Origin: Oikopleura dioica
Lineage: Eukaryota > Animalia > Chordata
Assembly: GCA_907165135.1 (NCBI GenBank)
Contig: OU015567.1
Span: 1 to 64,000, forward strand
Length of the DNA: 64,000 nucleotides
Direction of reading: 5' to 3'
Position numbers and translations under genes: made by a program
In this document: piece after piece, positions 60,170-64,000 of the stretch
How positions within the stretch are numbered: the first letter of the stretch is position 1
How the letters are laid out: every line of letters begins with the position of its first letter
The notes under the pieces: model-generated
The model's input: the letters and a program-made list of their open reading frames with translations, nothing else
Told to the model about the DNA's origin: nothing
Database searches by the model: none

Positions 60170-61907
60170 ATTAGATAAATTAAAAAGTATTCTGCGGTTT
60201 GAGTTTAATTAGCCACGCTTTGTCTTTAAGATTTCTTCAGGAAAAAATAATTGTTATAACTGACAAAAAAAGATCGGAAGAAAAATAGTTCCGGACCCAT
60301 AAGTGGTCACAGTGATACAATACTGAAGAAAAAGAGAGAAAAAAAAAAAATTTTTTTTTGATTAATTTTCACGGTGAAATTAAACTCAAAATAAGTCGCA
60401 GAGTACTTCCCAAAGTCACATAAAAATTTGGAAAAGATGGCGTTGAATATTCCGCCCAAAATCTTCTACTCACGGCCAAAATTATCATCATCACTGGTAA
60501 AAGGTCTTCTTGCTATTTTATGTCTGTATCGGAGCTAGAACCTCTGCAGACCTCTAAAATAAGCGAGCGGCCGACTGCTTTATCTAAAGCTCTGGTTAGG
60601 GGTAAAAATAAGCGGTAAATACTTAGGCTTGTCAGTACGTACGCGTGCATATAAAACTTCTGTTCAATTATTATTCGAAACATTTATAATTTGATTCAAA
60701 ACTAACCGCTTAATTTCCGAATTCTCTACTAATATACTCTCCGAATTTGCATGTTCAAAATTAGCATGATCGTTCATTTATCGCTCGAAAATTATAGATC
60801 TGACTTGCATGAAAGCTCTAGTGTTCTAGGGTTAATTTTATTTTAATTCCTGACACTTTATTAAATTCTTCCAAAATTGCTTGCTGTTAAATTTAACCCG
60901 ACTGATCCAGGGTTAAATTTATTTTAAAAATTCATTATTTCTTATTTCACTCGAGTGTTCGAGGATTAACTTGCTCTTGATTATAAGCTGTGGCTTTTTC
61001 TGTTCGATAAATTGGAAATCAATGATGATTGCTTACGACGCGGATGCGAGTTCTACCACCTCGCCAACCCTTCAAAATTAGCTTCTAATGGCACCCATGG
61101 GCGGGCCGGATGGCAAGCTTCAATGCTGCAGATACTTGGGCATCTTGCGGTTCCCTGTCATCGATAGGGCTTGACGCAAAGTAGCGAGGCAAAGCAAACC
61201 GCGTCAGTAACTACTGCAAGGTGAGCCGAAGTTAATTTTTCCCTATAATTTTTTCTGTAAATAGTATTCTTTTATCGTTAATTTTAAATGCTTTTAACTG
61301 TTTATTTATGCTCCTTTTTATTATTTTCACGAAAAAAATGATAGATAATTTTTTCAAAAAAAATATATACATTTATTCACTTACTTTTATCTTTTTCTGT
61401 AAATTAATAATTTTAATTACTGGCCAATTATTATTATTATTTATCAAACCGATTGTATTTAAAAAAAAAAAATTTTAAAATTTATTCTTTTTATCTGCGA
61501 ATCTGTGCGACGCTTTCCGCGAAAATTGTTTCTTCATCCCTTCACCTGTTCGCCTCCCGAGACGAAAACCAATGCCCGAGAACCCGGCTCGAGCGAAAAG
61601 AAATAGACTTGAAAAGGTCGAGAAATGTTTAACCGGATGGAACTCTGGCGAACTTGTGAACTTATTGTTTTTAAAAAATCACGCTTTGTGCGCGTGCGCT
61701 ATTGTTAAAATTGTTTATGAAATGCAGCTGCGCTTTTCTGCATCTTTTTGCGCTTGCAATTTTTGCTCACTCTCAAAATAAACGAAAAACCGCGAAAGTA
61801 AAAAATTAAATTTTCAAATTTTCTTGCAGGAAAATTAATTAAATTAGAAAAATTTTAATTGCAATCAGAAGAATTAGAGCATTTGTATCATCATCCCTTT
61901 CGGTATC

Positions 61908-63238
61908 GAAAAAAAAATTTTTTTTTTGATTTTTTTTCTGTTGGGTTTGAGAGGCTCAGAATCAACCAAAATGACGCTCGGAAGACGGCAAAAACGCTGC
62001 AAATAAAATAAGGGCAAAAAACGAACTTTCAAAATTTTGACCTCGTTTTTGGGCGATTCATGATAACAATGACCATCGAAAAATTTTTTTGAATTTTTTC
62101 TGTTGGGTTTGTGAGGCTCAGAATCAACCAAAATGACGCTCGGAAGACGGCAGAAACGCTGCAAATAAAATAAGGGCAAAAAACAAACTTTCAAAATTTT
62201 GACCTCATTTTTGGGCGATTCATGATAACGATGACCATCGAAAAAAATTTTTTGAATTTTTTCTGTTGGGTTTGAGAGGCTCAGAATCAACCAAAATGAC
62301 GCTCGGAAGACGGCAGAAACGCTGCAAATAAAATAAGGGCAAAAAACGAAAATTCAAAATTTTGACCTCGTTTTTGGGCGATTCATGATAACGATGACCA
62401 TCGAAAAAAAATTTTTTTTTTGTTTTTTTCTTCTGTTGGGTTTGAGAGGCTCAGAATCTACCAAAATGACGCTCGGAAGACGGCAAAAACGCTGCAAATA
62501 AAATAAGGGCAAAAAACGAATTTTCAAAATTTTGTTCTCGTTTTTGGGCGATTCATGATAACGATGACCATCGAAAAAAAAATTTTTTTTTTGAATTTTT
62601 TTTCTGTTGAGTTTGAGAGGCTCAGAATCAACCAAAATGACGCTCGGAAGACGGCAGAAACGCTGCAAATAAAATTAGAGCAAAAAACGAATTTTCAAAA
62701 TTTTGACCTCGTTTTTGGGCGATTCATGATAACGATGACCATCGAAAAAAAATTTTTTTTTTTTGAATTTTTTTTCTGTTTGGTTTGAGAGGCTCAAAAT
62801 CAACCAAAATGACGCTCGGAAGACGGCAGAAACGTTGCAAATAAAATTAGAGCAAAAAACGAATTTTCAAAATTTTGACCTTATTTTTGGGCGATTCATG
62901 ATAACGATGACCATCGAAAAAAAATTTTTTTTTTGAATTTTTTTTCTGTTGGGTTTGAGAGGCTCAGAATCGACCAAAATGACGCTCGGAAGACGACAAA
63001 AACGCTGCAAATAAAATAAGAGCAAAAAACGAATTTTCAAAATTTTGACCTCATTTTTGGGCAATTCATGATAACGATGACCATCGAAAAAAAATTTTTT
63101 TTTTGAATTTTTTTTCTGTTGGGTTTGAGAGGCTCAGAATCAACCAAAATGACGCTCGGAATACGGCAGAAACGCTGCAAATAAAATTAGACCAAATAAC
63201 GAAATTTCAAAATTTTGACCTCGTTTTTGGGCGATTTA
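61908..63238. repeat. Satellite block 6
   Basis: Same monomer. Confidence 0.97.
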
Positions 63239-63545
63239 TGATACGGAAGCGGCTGTCCTGCAATTTATGCGCGTTCTCTAACTCTAGAATGCCAAGCTAA
63301 AAATGACGAGAATCAAATTTTTTAATTTGCGTGGTTTTATTTGTGATTTGAATGAGAAAAAGAAGCACGGCGCGCGGTTAAATACGGCGAGATTGAATCA
63401 ATGTTTTTGAACGAGCGGTTGTTTTTGAGCTTTTGAAAAGCTTTTGTTTTTGAAATCAAGGAAGAAAGCCCAAGGCCATCAAAGCAGTTTTTCTTTCGGG
63501 AAATCCTTACGGATCGTATTCTTGCCGATTTAGAGCTGAGCTTGT
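63239..63545 (-). mobile_element. H1: U5 end of a B-related LTR (minus), interrupted
   Basis: TGATACGGAAGCGGCTGTCCTGCAA... is a diverged match to 10580-10880. Confidence 0.85.
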
Positions 63546-64000
63546 TGATATCCTTAGGGAACAACGCCTCAAGCCAAATAAAAAATTTTTATTTCACGGC
63601 CAAATATTTACGCCAATTCGGTTCTACGTTAGTTTAAATTTGTCTTGTCAGCTTGGTATCACCAAATTGATCAGACATATTTGCAAAAATCATTTCACGA
63701 TATTCTACTTAAAATGAAAAGATGGTCAGTTTTAACGAGCCAGATTGACCCAAAATTGTCTTATCATCATGTCATCTCCTTACGATCTATACGTTCTATC
63801 ATTGGAATGCTCATATGCTCTCATCATAATACTTTTCTAGTGCAATCTGATGTCAATTCATCCAAAAATATGCTATTTGCAAAACTGCATGTTTAATCTA
63901 TTTATCGATATTTCTTATCATTGCTTTGCGATTTTTAAAGTTCGATTATTGACAGTGCATACGATTCAACTTCTACAACAAGAAAGTCGTCAACATCTTC
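63546..64000 (+). mobile_element. H2: start of a B-family LTR on the plus strand, running off the window
   Basis: TGATATCCTTAGGGAACAACGCCTCAAGC... is the reverse complement of the B LTR end (11868 downward). Confidence 0.88.

Larger units (their letters stand above)
52485..61890 (+). mobile_element. Element F: full-length Ty3/gypsy element, sister of E, nested in G2
   Basis: LTRs 52485-54062 and 60313-61890 (1578 bp each); TSD TCATC at 52480-52484 and 61891-61895. Confidence 0.97.
51453..61907 (+). mobile_element. G2: second copy of the solo LTR (51453-52484 plus 61896-61907), interrupted by F
   Basis: Near-identical to G1; the last 12 bp (CCTTTCGGTATC) reappear after F. Confidence 0.85.

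Noticed and set aside
19216-63238. CRISPR-like repeat-spacer organisation
   Set aside because: Monomers are contiguous ~165-bp units without unique spacers, the context is eukaryotic, and there are no cas genes.
4831-64000. Retrotransposon-based telomere elongation as in Drosophila
   Set aside because: The tip is a long canonical TTAGGG array, the elements are LTR-type with TSDs, and orientations are mixed.

Overview
This is a eukaryotic chromosome end: ~4.8 kb of (CCCTAA)n telomere, then a subtelomere made only of Ty3/gypsy-type LTR retrotransposons and a ~160-172 bp AT-rich satellite. No host gene is visible and the organism cannot be identified from the window. My labels for the elements are: A (minus, cut off in pol by the telomere); B (minus, nested in the 5' LTR of A); D1/D2 (plus, an 8.83 kb tandem duplication); E (minus, apparently intact); G1/G2 (solo LTRs); F (plus, nested in G2); H1/H2 (partial B-like LTRs at the window end). 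They form three lineages (A/D/G, B/H, E/F). LTRs of A, B, D, E and F run TGAT...ATCA (G termini are degraded), and B, D, E and F show 5-bp target-site duplications. All five coding families have Gag with two CCHC knuckles, a -1 frameshift, and PR-RT-RH-IN with no env. Unusual traits shared across these divergent families: (1) a covarying three-way-junction RNA motif in every LTR family whose closing stem covers a GT splice donor; (2) a predicted ~480-610 nt intron wholly inside the LTR; (3) a Gag ATG built from the last LTR base plus the PBS; (4) no polypurine tract at the 3' LTR, but a short hairpin and a PBS-mirroring sequence; (5) a frameshift hairpin with a self-complementary loop; (6) a C-xn-HxH-x3-C insert in RNase H; (7) an integrase C-terminal extension with two SAP/LEM-like helical repeats where chromoviruses carry a chromodomain. 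All alignments and folds were done by eye. Many frameshifts lie in homopolymers and may be consensus errors.
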